A stretch of 64,000 bases of DNA from Nitrosopumilaceae archaeon (GTDB lineage: Archaea; Thermoproteota; Nitrososphaeria; Nitrososphaerales; Nitrosopumilaceae). The notes under the pieces were generated by a model. That model saw only the letters and a list, made by a program, of their open reading frames with translations. It made no database searches and had not been told where the DNA came from. The position numbers and the translations under genes were made by a program. The stretch lies in assembly GCA_965207375.1 (NCBI GenBank), contig CBDBMG010000001.1, positions 160,001-224,000 on the forward strand, in the 5' to 3' direction. The stretch's first letter is position 1. Each line of letters opens with the position of its first letter. This document shows, in pieces, positions 40,485 through 54,965 of the stretch.

Positions 40485-42095
40485 TCATGTCAGCTTTCGC
40501 CCAGTAAAATGATTCCATATCTTGTCACGCCAGGCCTTCCGTTTCACTCCAGCTATTTGCAGTTGATTATTAAAGGCCTGGCGATCGTCACAATTGTCTT
40601 CAAATGTAGACTTTAACATTTCGAACGTAATGTTGTACTCATTCAGGCGTTTGGCCATCGTTTTGGTGCACAAACTTCCGAGGTGGATAATAAATTGCTG
40701 GGAAGTAACCCTTTCGTGATGCAAGGTTTGCCAGTATACCACCACATCATTCTTGCTGCGGATGGTTAGGTTGGATAGTAAAGGATGTAGCAGGTTGCTG
40801 GAGAAAATTTTCTTCATGGCACGTACATCCTCCAATGCCCGATGAGCTGGATAGGTTGATGCTATCACACTTGAAATTATGAAATAACATTACCATTGTA
40901 AGTCTCTCCTGGAAAACATTTATGGAAGAGATTTTCCAGCCCCAACCTCTTCTTCTCTTGAGCTGTCCATCCGGTAAAAATTGTATGTTCTTCCTTGACT
41001 AGCTGTATGAAACCAAATGAAAACTTTTATGTTGACAGTATTTGTAACCTACCCTCCTAGCATCGTATAGTGTATCTGCAAAGGAGAGATTAAGGGTGTT
41101 AAAGTTGTCATCAAGTTTGCGACGCTTCACTTCCGCCACGATGAAAGGAAAGTCAAAGGCAAAGCCATTGTGTGATAATAGAACTATATGATAAGGTTAG
41201 AAAAAGTAAAGTGTCTACATGGTAACTCACGTGGGTAGTATTCCTCCTCATGTTATGCTTCTTCTAAGCATGCTTGTATCCACTTAATGAAGTTTTTGAA
41301 TACGGTGGAAAAATTGGATTGGTTGTAGAGATCACGTGCAGTTATTCCACATTTTTCTGATACTGTTATGACATTTTGCTAACACTATAAAGGTAATTTG
41401 TTAAAACAATAAAACAAACCTTTACGAGCGATGTGACGTGATGTGTGGCAAAGACTGGAAAATTCTTCATTACTGATGGACACATCATCTGGAGCTATCA
41501 CCACGGATCCAATTTCCACGATGTGGTCTTGATAGAAACTACCTCCTGTTGTTTCACAATCGTACATGAACAACAAATGTTTACCACTACATGTAATGGA
41601 ATCAACAGTGATATTCTCAAATGGTATGTCCTCATCCTGTTGTTCGTCCACATTGTCATCATCGTCATCTTCACACTCTGCTACAGCAGTGTCACCAACA
41701 TACAAGGAGGTACTGATGCCAAGTGCTTGCAAGGTGACCATGTGCTCTTTCTCCTGCTCGTGACGTTGGTTTGACCGCCTTTTGAGCTCACTCCTGTTAG
41801 GTAATGTTATTCATAAATGTGATTGTAGCAATTATAAACCTGTATTTCAAATACTCAGGTGTACTCCTCTTCTGCTGTTGTCTGTGCCATTTTGTGTGCT
41901 CCTTCATAGTAGCTACCACTGCAGCTTGAGGGACATCCACACCCATTTCCCATAGGCAGATCAATTTCCACAAGGGACCTAGATTCTGAGTGAAGTTGGT
42001 CACATAGACTTACACTACATGTCAGTAATAAAATACCTTGTGACATATTGCCATATTTGTTTTACAGGTATAATGGGTGTGGTGTAAATCAATGA
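40485..42095 (-). pseudogene. Spliced DEDDh (DnaQ-like) 3'-5' exonuclease gene, 5'-truncated, probably transposon-borne
   Basis: Exons about 42095-42037, 41985-41840, 41793-41420, 41362-41231, 41183-41053, 41002-40894 and 40846-40485. ExoI YDCETTG, ExoII HNGFAFD, ExoIII AHRALED. In-frame TAA at 41253-55. Confidence 0.85.
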
Positions 42096-42280
42096 CATGT
42101 GCGAGACATTTTACTATCCATATGTCAGAGTGACCATACAACACACCTATATATGTGTCATGATTCAGGAACCATAAGCCAACCCTATGGAAAAGATTAT
42201 ACAGGTCCTGCAATTGCTGCTTGTTATCTAAAATGATTCATAGGCTACCAACACAAGCAATAGCTACATGTTGACAAACC

Positions 42281-43057
42281 TCAAGAACTTACAAAACTCC
42301 ATTGTTGAAAAGTAGCTAGTGATCTATCTTTTCTCCACTCCACTAAACCATCAATTGCAAACAAAGAAGACATGTGATCCTCGTATTGTTTTTATACTCA
42401 AGTCTACTTCCGAATTCCAGGCAGCAAAGCGTAGCGCGAAATTCAAATTTAACTGCAAGCGATTAATCACCACACTAACCAGCCAAACAGCTTGTTTTGT
42501 AGTCAAACGACTTCGCAATGTAAAGAAGAACTTCCTAGCATAACACCACTAGCCACAAAAGCTTTTTGTGTGAAAACATTAGAATCCATAAATGCACTCT
42601 ATGAACAAAAGCCCGCTCATGACGTAGGCCAGAAATCAATCGCTGTCATTGCAGCTTTTATATAACAGCAACGCACCTTCAGGTACAATAAACCTGCGTT
42701 ATATCAGGCTTGTCAAGGAGATTCGGTGCTTCCGGTGGATATCCCAAACTAAAGAATTAGAATACAAATTCGAGTGCTTTCAGACGTGCCATGACCTGGT
42801 AACAAACGAAACGCTAAATTCGCTTCAGATGAAATACGCGCCCTTTCGAAACTCATATATTGCTGTGTGTAGCTAGGCCACACAAAGCGTATTCTAGGAG
42901 AATAGTGCCCGAGTTTATTTTTTTGCCGACGACCGCTGTATCTCGCCTACGATTTGCGGCGAGACAAAAATGGTGAGAGTACAAATAAGTGATAAATCTG
43001 CCTGCCCACAAGATTACATAGATGTGCTTAAAATTTTTGTAAAGGTGTCATTAACCT
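42281..43057. mobile_element. Transposon end terminating at CCT|TTAA (Kolobok-like)
   Basis: CpG-richer block ending GGTGTCATTAACCT|TTAA; no matching partner end seen. Confidence 0.4.
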
Positions 43058-45434
43058 TTAAACGATTCATGGCACACAATTAGATTTTACCTGACACTTA
43101 TGTCAACTGAAGACCCTTGAGGATAATTGGAAAAGGCTGTTACTGTAAGCAGGAAATCATTTTTATTCTTATTCTAAAAAAGTAAAGCTCCTTATTGATT
43201 AACATATTGATGTGAAGGCTTGTTTGATTTCTCCAGTTTTATATATGTATACTATTGCAACTTTTTCAACCATAAATCTAATTAGCATATCTGGCTACCT
43301 AACTAATTAACCACTACCTGTTATTTAATTACACAATAAGATGCTGAACAAAAGAAACTTGTCTGTATGCAATGAAGTTAACTTTTTCTGATTCATATAA
43401 ATGTGCCCATAAAAGAAAAACATGAAAAATTTAAATACAAGCACATAGGGATCAATCTCTCAGTGCTACAAAAAGTAGGGAAAGATTTTTGCATGGGAGG
43501 ATTTTAAAGATTCTAATTTATAGAAGTTTATAATCCCTACTCAGTAGGTTAGTATGATTAAGCCAACGTAGATATAAATTATCTCATGTCAGAATCTATA
43601 ATATTCTCCCATGCCAAAGTCTTTTCCCCTTGTTTCCTTACTTTTGTAGCACTGAGAGATCAATCCCTCGGACCCTATTCGCCGTTTGCTTTTTATTTAT
43701 GCATATTAGTTAAAATATATACGCTAGGCCTGTGACTTTATAACTGATTATTGGCCACCATTATAATTTACTCAAAAATCATTAAATACAACAACACATG
43801 AAGTAAAATGTCTCTTATACCAGCTGGTTATAATTTGATGAAGAATCACAAGTTAAGCAACTACAAATGCAACAAGTACATTTCATAAAGTAATTATTTA
43901 TGGGATGCAATTCTGGCATGTACAGTTGCTCATATTTCTCTTGTAGCCACAAAAATTACGGTAATAGGAACACAAAATGACAATTTGCAAAATCATATGA
44001 TCTGTCGATTAATTGGGAGGATGCCGATTATTGACCTCCTGTGGCACTAATTGATCGATAATCGATTATAAATATATGCACAAGGCCACACACTAAGTGC
44101 TTTATTTCATGTATGTATAACACGATACTTTAACTGTTTTAAAGATTGTTTACAGAGTACATTAAATGCTTGAACATTTGATGTTAATGCACTCGTTGGT
44201 GTTCATTGATAATGGTGATAGCTCAAGTAATACAAGTAATATGTGTTTTGACTTTGTCTTTTCATAAATTGTGATGTATATAAAATAACAACACAGATTT
44301 TCTACCACACATGCGCATATAGCAATTAATGGAGAATCTTTTAAAGCTTACAGAATGCTGATATTCCATTTTGAACTTGAGATATTCATTATTATGTAAC
44401 TAGGGGTAATTTGTGCTCACATGGTTGATTTTCGCAGGCTCAGTCACATATGTCATTTACACACTAGTGCTTTTGGTGAGACTTGCAGTTTTCTTTTGCT
44501 TATATTGAGCTTATGAGGTTGCTTGGATTACAGAATTTTTATGCATGCGTACATGTTGTGCTCCATAGTCCACTCAGAGTTTGTGTACCTATATAGGTAC
44601 GTATATAGGAATGTTGGTTAGTTACTCTAAGATGGAGAATCATATGGATGTTTTTAGTTAAGAAAATGAGTGTAACTATAAATTCAAAATTACGTGGCAC
44701 AGCATGCATGCATGCATAAAATTTCCGTAAACCAAGCAACCTCAAAATCTCGGTATTAGACTATTGATTTGCATGTCATGACAAAACGGATAACAAAAAG
44801 GCCAGCAGCATCGCATTGTGTACAGCCTTGGTAAAATCTCCTAACACCTTCTAGGTGGGGTATGCAAAGCACATTTATCCCATTTATCCCCATGCAAAAT
44901 TCTTTAAATAAGAGCCAATCTGTCCTTGCCTTTCAGGCACTTATAGCAGTGTTATAGGTGCCAAGCTTGTTTACGGGCGCTTGTTAACAATAGCATTTAC
45001 ATAACTAAACATGTTCCAAAATCCAAAATATATTTGTTTAAGAGAAGTTCATGATGCAATTAAATAACACAAATGGTAGTGATATTTCTAATTATGTGAT
45101 GTGTGTAGGCATGCATTTTCTGTGACATAAGTTCAAGTGAACATAAAGAAAAAGGGAAGGTAACAAAGGATGAAAAAGAAACACCATGGTGCAGTGGATG
45201 AATCTTCATAGGAACAACAATTTCATAAATCATTATGTATTATGTATAATCTGGAGCCATAATCCTAGTGCTAGTGCATAGGTCTTACAACAGGTACATA
45301 GGCAGGTGAAATACAGCTGTATTGTTAACAAAGGTACTGCATTATTGTGTTACCAATGCATTTCAGTCAGTATTCTTGGGTAAAGTTTACTGTAAAGCTT
45401 GTTTTTGAAATGCATAGAAATTGGACACCAGGTT

Positions 45435-45830
45435 TTTAAACCAGCGTGCCTGGTTTCTTAAAATTACTTTTGTCTGCAAAGTCAGCATATATGTTTATCT
45501 GTGTGTGTGTGTTTGCCCCCAGGTTATTAAAACCATTCACATAAATTAAAGCCTGAATAACCAATCAAACAAGTCCTACTTCTTTTAGTTTCTTTATATG
45601 ACACATGCTATTGATACTATGGCTTTAATAACAAAGCGCATCATAAATTCCTGCCAAAGAAGAGCATTATCTTCTAATTCTGTATTAGTCATTCATTTCA
45701 CAATAAAAGGGATTTACCAGTTGTACATTACTAACAAGATGGAGCACTTCAGTTTAAAAGTGGGCATGCCAAGCAGTAGCGAAGCATTTAATAAAAGAAG
45801 ATTGGAAAACTACCTTTATCACTAAGGCTC
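45435..45830 (+). repeat. Dispersed repeat with an internal (TG)n; related copies at about 50210-50700 and (inverted) 48050-48300
   Basis: Shared TAACCAATCAAACAAG, GTACATTACTAAC and CTTCAGTTT(T)AAAAGTG blocks. Confidence 0.7.
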
Positions 45831-46073
45831 TGGAGTATGAAGCCGGTTTAAACATAAAATGTAAATATGTATGCTTTGCTACATATGTGTCCTTAGTGAT
45901 GAGTTTTTGTTCATTCATTCTTCATGATGTCAGTATATATTCTTAGTAGGAGTAGATTAGCAATAGTTTAACCTATAGCTATAGCATCTAGTTTTAGATG
46001 GTAGAACATCAAGCTTGTATCATGTTGATCCCTACTGTACTACCATTAGATTTTACAATCCCTTCATGCAATA

Positions 46074-46863
46074 CCGTATAGCGGGTTTTTGTCGCGATGA
46101 CTTTAATGTCGTGTCTCATGGAATCCGCAACATTAAAATCCGTTACATTTTTAATCTTGTGACTTTTTATCACGTGAGATTTTGTGACTGCCTCGTGCTA
46201 TGTCGATTTCAATATTTCGCTTGGGGTCTCTTCCAAACTCTGAAAGGATCAAATGTAATTCCTTCTGCTGCCATCAACTCAGCGAATTCGAAGTAAATGA
46301 AGTTACGGGCCAAGGGAACCCATCATCACGAGTCTCATTTCAGGAACCAAGGAAAGGAAAGTAGTGTACATATAGGTTTATTCACTGAGAGAACCGACGA
46401 GCCGAAATTGGTAAACTGGCATGCAGTATCGGAGCCACAGCAGCTGCCAGAAGGATTTCAAAGTTTGGAGGTACCGGTATTAATGAAAGTATGGTTCGTG
46501 GTTTTAAGAAAGCTTATTAAATAAGCTACGTTCTAGAAGATTGAGGGAGGAAGAAGACTTAACTGTACGGGAACATTCTACATGGCTACAGCGTAACGAT
46601 CTACAACGTTGCCAATTTCTCTTTCAGTATATAATTCTTCTCCAAAAACTGCGAGAAAAACTACAATCTAAATTTCTTCGTATACATGGTAACCTTGAAT
46701 GCACAAGTCCATACGAAACTCCATTGTTTCGGCAATTGGCATTTAATAAAATTAATTACACGTGAGAACTTAATTATCGTGAGAGATACCATACGCGAGA
46801 ATTAATGTCGTTTCAATTTTATTTCGTGGCTAATTTTATCCGCGACAAAAACCCGCTATACAG
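46074..46863 (+). mobile_element. pogo/Tc1-like internally deleted element
   Basis: TIR CCGTATAGCGGGTTTTTGTCGCG, TA TSD, and transposase N-terminal remnants PSAAINSANS, RAEIGKLACSIGATAAARR and INESMVRGFKKAY. Confidence 0.8.
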
Positions 46864-48437
46864 TATAAAATACATTTTACAAGGCTTCTGCAGATTTACT
46901 TTCTACATCAATGTAAATAGCTATGTATCCACTTTTCCACTATATGACTTGTTTACTAATTGTATACAGATGCAGTATACAAGTATTATGGTTTTGGTGC
47001 CTATGGCCATTTAGTAACAGAACCTTGGATGAAGTATCGGATTCAGAAATACATATACATATATGTCAGATTTCTTTCATCCAAAAAATGTTTTGTGTTT
47101 TTCATGACTTCACTCATACTAATGTAGCAGTGTGTGTGAACACGAGAGTTTTAATTGTGAAGTGCTATGCTAAAGACTTTGTAAAAGTCTACCCAACGTA
47201 CATACTCTATTGCTCTTTCTTGTGGAAATGATACCAAATGCCTGTAATGGAGTTAACTAGTTTTGTTGGTACTTTCTACAATTGGTTATCATCATAGTAA
47301 CCATCCCACTAGGGAGCTGTGAGAAGGCTTTAAGCCTGTTGGACAGGGAGTCAGAAATATCAAATATACTGTCCCAGACCAGTGGTGACTTGAGCCCCAG
47401 GCATGAACACAATCTAGGCGAGAGCCAAAGGAGATGCACAGCTGGGATCCAAAATGTTTCTGCCTTCAATGGACTGAATTCTCGTAGATTAGGGGGTTTC
47501 TCATAGTAACTATCCTACTAGGGACCTGTGGGAAGGTTTAAGCCTATTGACAGGGAGTCCAAAATATTAGCCTAAGCCAAATAAACTGTATCGAATAATG
47601 ATAATATTTTGTGTATATTTTCAGTTGGCTTATATGTACTAGTAGATTATAAAACATATTTCTATTACAGTATGTACATGGCCTTTCTTACAACCCAGAA
47701 ATAACTGGAGCAAAATTATTTTTGCATGCTTATCGGAAGGGATTCTATCCATTCATATTTCTTTAGTCTATATAACCTGCAACACAATATTTATAACACA
47801 CTGCTCTCCCTCCATCCATCAGTGTAGTAATGGTGGTTAGTGTTGATAAGGGCTCTTTTATTGATTTTATACAAGCCACATGTACAATTAGCGTAAGGTG
47901 ATATATGGGATTATGGAATAATTGTGATATATTTATCATAGAGATGGGATAATACTGTGATGCATCACAGTATTGTACAGCAAAAATGCATCAGGTATGT
48001 AGTATCAAGTAAGTTTGAAGCCGAAATTCTTACTGTAACACTATAGGCTAGTCTTTTAAACACTTCGCTACCTGCATGGCACACCCACTTTTATAACAGA
48101 AGCACTTCGTCTTGTGATTTACAACTGGTAAAATTCCCTTTACTGCAAAATGAACAGCTAATACAGCATTGCCTTAGACTTCTTTGGCAGTAATTCATGA
48201 CGTGCTGTTACTAAGGTCACGCCCATCAATAGTATCAAGTGTCATATAACGAAAGTGTGAAGCAGTAAAACTGGTTTAACGGCTTTGAATAGTTATTTAT
48301 GTATCATTGATTTTATGCTGAAACTTATGAAAACTCACCAGCGCCATAAACCTGTTAAACTGTGTATAAAATTTTGATTGTTGGATTTATTTCTTCAATT
48401 TTGTATTTTTGTGAAATATTTTTAAATTACAAAAATA

Positions 48438-48654
48438 CCGTATAGGGGATAAGTTTCGCTGGGCGAAACTTTCGCGGTAGAGGCCTTCCAAGTATATTCG
48501 CGGTAAAACCTTTGCGTTCCAGTAGAAAGGAGCTTATACATTTGTAGTAGCCGAGTAGCTAAATATCTTTGTTTAGCGGCAAAACTTTCGCGGTTGTGTT
48601 TGAAACTGCGAAAACCGCGAAAGTTTCGCCCATCGAAACTTACTCCCTATACGG
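48438..48654. mobile_element. pogo-type MITE
   Basis: TA|CCGTATAGGGGATAAGTTTCG ... CGAAACTTACTCCCTATACGG|TA. Confidence 0.88.
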
Positions 48655-49534
48655 TACATTGTTTGCTTTTGTATGTGAAGACCATCATATGGGATATAGC
48701 TATACATAGGGGAAGTATATACAGTACTGGTCAAAGATAACGTTGCACTCACTTGTACTTCACTCTCGAGTAAACTCGATCAAACAACATGCCTGTAATT
48801 TGTTAAACTCAAGTGTTTTAGCACTCCATGCTTGATGTTCGTTGATTGTACTACATGCTCGATGATTGTTGAGGACACTCAATTGAGAGTATACTTGACA
48901 GCAACATGGATATCGAATAACACTGGAATTATTGGATATCTGCTCGATCGTGAAGCATTGAACAACCACTACTAGCTCGCAACAAGTGAATGATAGTTAA
49001 TCTGGCTTGATATAATGTCTGACTGAGCATTGCAAATAGGAAACATGTAATCTTTTTACTACGAAGACTTGAAATGGAGGTATTTTCCTTAAAGCTAAAC
49101 TCTTGCTCCTCCTCCATTGTTAATGCTCAAATCCAAAGTGATGATCACGAAATCAACTTGATACTTTGTTTTGTGAATTCCACAAAGTTTACAAAAAAAC
49201 AACCATGGTTTAATACATATGTGTCACTAAGGAGATGCCTATCTAGAGGGGTGCCTATCTAGAAGGGTGCTGTTATAAAAAGCTTTAAATGGAACACTTG
49301 TACATAGACAATTCATAAAACTTCTCAATAATAATATTGTTCTGTAGACATGGATTAGCAAATTCCATTGTACATCTGTTACTATCTTGTGATGGGAGTG
49401 AAACACATATTCTTAACTGTAACCAATTTCGGGTAGTTAACACCAGCTGTACTCATCTGGAGGACATTGAAATAATATGCTGTGAGTTACTCTTCCATGT
49501 AAGTTTTTAGCTTGCATGTAATGGTTTTTACTAG

Positions 49535-49724
49535 CTGACTGGAAACCATGGCCATACTCAGGAGAAGTAAGACTAGTAGGTGGAACATCAATCTCTGAAG
49601 GTTATGTTGATATGTACCTTAATGGAGAGTGGGGAAGAATATGTAGTGATAGCATGAGTGGTGATGAGGCAAATGTGATATGTAGACAACTGGGCTATGA
49701 CTCCGCTGTATCCTACACACCAAA
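49535..49724 (+). CDS. SRCR domain 2, 5' half
   Basis: GEVRLVGGTSISEGYVDMYLNGEWGRICSD...ANVICRQLGY. Confidence 0.92.
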
Positions 49725-49887
49725 GTATGTATACATTAATACTATAAATATACAGGGTATAGTTATTGGATGTGTATATAATTCTAATTTCTAACAACAT
49801 AAATTACATCATTTTTTGACTATGGTTTGTCTGTGGTCTGCGTGTTTACATGCATGTATGTTTCAGTTATTGAATTAAATTTTATAG

Positions 49888-50078
49888 TGATGGTGATGAC
49901 CTTGGATCAGGAGGATATGGTACCTTGAATATATCACGGCCTATGGTTACAGGGAATACAATATGGTATAATGACGTCTTAAACTGTCTTGGGAATGAAG
50001 TATGCTTAGCACGATGCCTATCATCTATACCTACTAGTGCAGTGGATCAATGTAGTAGTGAAGTTGGAGTTAGATGTA
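49888..50078 (+). CDS. SRCR domain 2, 3' half
   Basis: GNTIWYNDVLNCLGNEVCLARC...QCSSEVGVRC, phase 2-1. Confidence 0.88.
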
Positions 50079-50257
50079 GTAAGTAAAGTTAACATGTATG
50101 TATGTATGTATGTATGTATGTATTATGAACATTTTTAATACATATATCAGATCATGAATTTCACTTGCACCATGATTTGTGGTTAACAATCTGCTTAGTT
50201 TTAGTTGAAAATTTATTAAACCAGATGTGTTTGAAGGTGCTTTTTGTACAGGAAGCT

Positions 50258-50342
<85 letters not shown>

Positions 50343-51474
50343 ACCCCTAGGCTATTTTAAACCATGAAGCCTGGATAACCAATCAAACAAGTTGTACTGC
50401 TTTTCAGTTTTTTTATACAACACTTGGTATCAATATATATAATTGATGGCTATGGCCTTAATAACGAAGCACGTTGTGAGTTACTGCCAAAGAAGGTAAT
50501 CCTGTATTTGCATGGCCATTCATTTCACAGTAAAAGGCATTTAACCAGCTGTACATTACTAACCAGATAAAGCGCTTCAGTTTTAAAAGTGAGTGTGCCA
50601 TGCGGGCTGCAAAGCTTATAAAAGAAGACTGTTCTATAGTGTTACAGTAAGATTTTTGGCTTAAATCAACTTTATACTAGTACTGTAGTATAAAGCAGAG
50701 GAATAAAATTTATATGTGTTGCTATGTGTGTATGAATCTTTGCTCATGAAACACTTTGCTATAATTTATTATGCGTGCATGCCCACCTTTATAACTGAAA
50801 TATTCTATCATGGTACTATGCAAACACCTTATTATAAATGAAAGGACTAATAGTCATGTTCTTATGTGAGCCTTCTTTCGATGACATCTTTGTTACTACA
50901 ACATCATCGATTCAATATAGGCATGTGGCATGTTAACACCTTGTGTAGAATGCTAACACCTTTGTGAAATGTCAACATGAAGAATATCAAAAAGACCGAA
51001 CAAATGACAACCTATGGCCCCAAGTGAGTATGGCGATTGAAATAGGAAATGTTCATGTTAATGAAAATAACCTTTACGTGAAAATAACCTTTACGTAAAT
51101 GTTTGACTAGGAAAATTTTTGATGAATTTGATGATTCGCTTAGCAATTTGTTACCTAATACATCTAAAGATATTAATTTATCAACTTTATTGCTTAGTAA
51201 ATTAATTCATATTGCTCAAAAATATTGAGATACACTTACGTGTATTGTTCTATGGTTGCAACGCCTTATTTGCAACTCTCAAATGATGAAATAAATCCAG
51301 TTTTAATCACTAATGAATTGAAGAACGAGCAAAATTGATGCACAGAGACCAGTCCATTGCACTATGTTTTGTGCACATGTGCAAGTATTATTCCATTTAA
51401 AGCATAGCATATGGTTTCAGCAACAAATCTTGAGCGAACATACCTAGTGATTTAAACTTAGACTTTATTTTGTG

Positions 51475-52159
51475 CAGGGCCAGAGCCAGCGGTCCGGCCG
51501 GTCAGGTTTTGGCCTGACTACTTTTTCAGCTTTATTGTAAGGTGAAGTAAAATTCATATATACAACTATAGGAAACATTTTTAATATAGCTAGTTAGGCT
51601 TTATTCAATATGCATCCATGGACACTGCTTATAAAAATGATCTGACTGAAGAAAAATGCCGTTGTATTCTATTATATTCACGTCACACGTGCTCTAATTA
51701 GGATGTGGTGTGCATGTTTATTAGTTAACATAATATTAGTACGTCGTTTTTGTTGATCATATGCTTCAATTGCCTTACCTGAACTACCTGAAGAGCCTCA
51801 TCAGCCAGTTAATTTTAGTTTTCCTAAGCAATCTTTTGGTCAGACCTGTGCACTGCAGCTTCCAGGGCAAGTGGTTAAGTAAGTGGCATTACTAGCTATG
51901 TCATATGGAGATTCAGTTGTTACCTGATAGATGTAGAATTTTAGTATAGTTGTTTGGCCTTTTTAGGAGAGTCAAATATCCTTTAAAATGCTCTCAGATT
52001 CAATCTCAGAAGGCGCAAATTTTCAAAATTTTCTTGGGGGGGCATGCCCCCAGATCCCCTAGTGTTAGCATGTGCACACTCAGCATGTGCATTCGTAAGA
52101 TCTGCCTTTGATTGCAGTAGCTCAACCTGACCACCTAAAAATTCGTGGCTCCGCCCCTG
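51475..52159 (+). mobile_element. hAT deletion derivative with a TTF-type (ZMYM1-like) zinc-finger remnant
   Basis: CAGGG...CCCTG ends, perfect TSD ATTTTGTG, and PEEPHQPVNFSFPKQSFGQ...SFQGKWLSKW. Confidence 0.88.
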
Positions 52160-53589
52160 ATTTTGTGAACATGATTATATGCAAGTATCTTCAAGTGAGT
52201 ATGCTCTCGCGTTTTATACCCTCAATAGTTGCTCAAGCGTAATCGAGTTTAGCGTATCAAGCATTTGAGTGGCAAGTGTGTAAGTTGGGAGCGAGTGCAA
52301 CGTTACCTCTGAGCGGTACTGTATGTGTTGACTAATAGTTTATATTTCCGAAATTTTGTTTCTGAAATGCATTAATTTTCAAAAATATTTCCTTCCAAAA
52401 TTTTCTCTCAATACGGTAGCAGTGTACGGCTACTTTGAATGAAGTTAGTTATAGCATTGTTTAGTGTTGTACCAATAGAGTTGTAGTCAGTTTTTTGCAT
52501 TTTAGTTATTTTTGAAGGCACATATGTTTTAGAAGTCTTACTATTAAATACTAATGTATTAAATGAAGTTTAACTAGTTAAACTAAGTTAATGGCGCGAG
52601 TGAGCCAAGCGGAAAGTTATAAACTAAATAAACCTGAAGGAGATTGAAGAAGGTCCCAGCGGCCCATAAGAGAAGAGGAAGCGATGGCTGCATCTGAAGA
52701 GGGAGGCAATAATTAGAAAACGGAAAAGTGCGCATGCGTTTAATTAATGCAAGGCGCGGTAAAGTCGAAGCACACATGGAGCATGGTGTAAAATTGTCTA
52801 TCCTTATATTTTCTTCGAGGAATGACTAGCTACCGGTACACGCACATTAGACAAGGTGATGAATCATCGGCGGAACAGATGTCGCTCCCTAGTACCGGTG
52901 GCGCTGGTGTCTACTGAGAGTGAGTTTGACGGCAGGTCCACAGATTTTGACGAGGAGCAATTGCCCATTCAAGAAGTTGTGAGGCAGCTTCAGTTCAGCA
53001 GGAAATCGCCCCTTACTCCAAGTATTTAGTTACGCTTATGGTAGCTCCCCCATAAACGCCCGTTGGTTCCAGTATTGTTTCACAACGGCTTTTCGCTGGG
53101 GCTCCCCCTTGCCGGAGTCCTGTTTGTTCCCCAGCTGGTGGTCCACCTGATAAATTTCGTGCGTTGCTCGCACACTCGGAAAAATAAATGATTGGGTGAC
53201 TTGTGGGTTAGCTACCAATACGATATCGTGTTTCAATATAAAAGTGTGTATATATTAAGTCACTCGATGTACTTTATGGGCTGCAATAGAAACGCTCCAT
53301 AGGCTGTACTCCAAGATGGTGGGGAAAACGTACGTTTACTAGAAATTACATTATTAATATGGCACACTGCAAAGGGTCTATTAGGTAGAGATACATAAGG
53401 CATACTGGGTGTGGGCCGTGGCAGTTCACCGTGCGAGCGTGTGTGCCTCCATAATGCTTTGTACGATGGGAATTTGTGAAGGTAACTCGTGGGTTGATGG
53501 CCAATATGGTATGTAGTATGCGTTACACATGTTGCAAGTTTTAATTTTTCAGGTATATCATATAACTGAGGCATATAATGTTATATTAT

Positions 53590-54965
53590 GTAGATATAAT
53601 ATGAGTGTGTATATATGAAGCTGCTACACAGATACTGAAGCCGCTGCACATATGCATGTACGTACATATATTATATGGATGCAATATAAGTGTGTATCAA
53701 GAAAGCTGCGGCACAGATGCATGTATAGTATATGGACGTGTATAAGAGCGCATTGTGTATTATTGTATGTGCACATGCATTATCAACTTATAGCTTCCCC
53801 GCAGTCGGCCAGTTAACCCAGTAATGCTCCACACTCCTTGGATTGCGGGCTTGGTGGTCCATCGAGTGAACATATGCGCCCCTGCAATGTGCCAGCTATT
53901 TGCAGTATTGTTTTGCAAAGTGTGTATATGAAGCTGCTGGATGCAATACAAGTGCATGTGTATATACGAAGCTATTATTGTATTTGCATGTGTGCACATA
54001 TGCATGTACATACATATATTATATGGATGCAATATAAGTGTGTATCGATAAAGTACGGCACAGATGCATGTATAGTATGTGGATGCGTATAAGAGCGCAT
54101 TGTGTATTATTATAAGTAGGGCTGCAATGAGTACTAGTTTTAAGGCTCCGGATATTCGCATGCCTTAACGAACGAATATCCGAATATTCGTCTATATATT
54201 TGTACACCAATTACAAGCTTACAAATTGATACGAGAAAACACAGCTGCATGTAGTACAAGACTATGTAGTGTAAAAAGCTGCTGAAAGCCTCCTCCATCG
54301 ACGGTAGAAATTGGGCGTGTATTCAGCAATGCGCGCTATAATATTCTTAGCCTGGTCGGGAGGGCATTTCTTACAATCGCTGAGCGTTAATTGTTTCTTC
54401 CTAGCTTCCTTTTTACTACTTTCAGCAACACTAGACGGGTGTTTCGATTCCAGGTGGTCATGTAATTTAGTTGTTCCCCCCGCGTATGCCAAGTTTACTC
54501 CATCGCACAACTTACAAGGGTCTTTTTAATCTTCTTCCCCTTTTCAACAACACAAAATAATACTCGTGCGTTTTCTACCAAGGCGCCGCCATTTTCAGAA
54601 CTCATGTGACTCAACAAACAAATCCGGATACTAATTTTGGTATCCGGATATTCGATTTATTAACGAATATCCGAATGAAGCGAATATTCGTTGCAGCCCT
54701 AATTATAGGAGCGCATTGTGTATTATTATAAGTGCATATGCATTATCAACTTATGGCTTCCCTGCAGTCAGCCAGTTAACCCAGTAATGCTCCACACTCC
54801 TGGGATTCCACTCATTCCTCGGTGTGGGCTCGGTGGTCCATCGAGTGAACATACAATGTGCCAGCTATTTGCAGTATATATTGTTTTGCAAAAGTGCGTA
54901 TATGAAGCTGCTGGATGCAATACAAGTGCATGTGTATATATGAAGCTATTATTGTATTTGCGTGT
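53590..54965. repeat. Local tandem duplications interrupted by a hAT insertion
   Basis: 53650-53765 resembles 53995-54112; 53746-53993 resembles 54709-54967. Confidence 0.8.
54117..54701 (-). mobile_element. hAT (Ac-like) deletion derivative with a BED zinc finger
   Basis: TIR TAGGGCTGCAA, TSD ATTATAAG/ATTATAGG, and CKLCDGVNLAYAGGTTKLHDHLESKHP. Confidence 0.88.

Noticed and set aside
47297-47567. ~60-bp direct repeat pair resembling mini-LTRs
   Set aside because: No TG...CA ends, primer-binding site or TSD seen; probably a local duplication.
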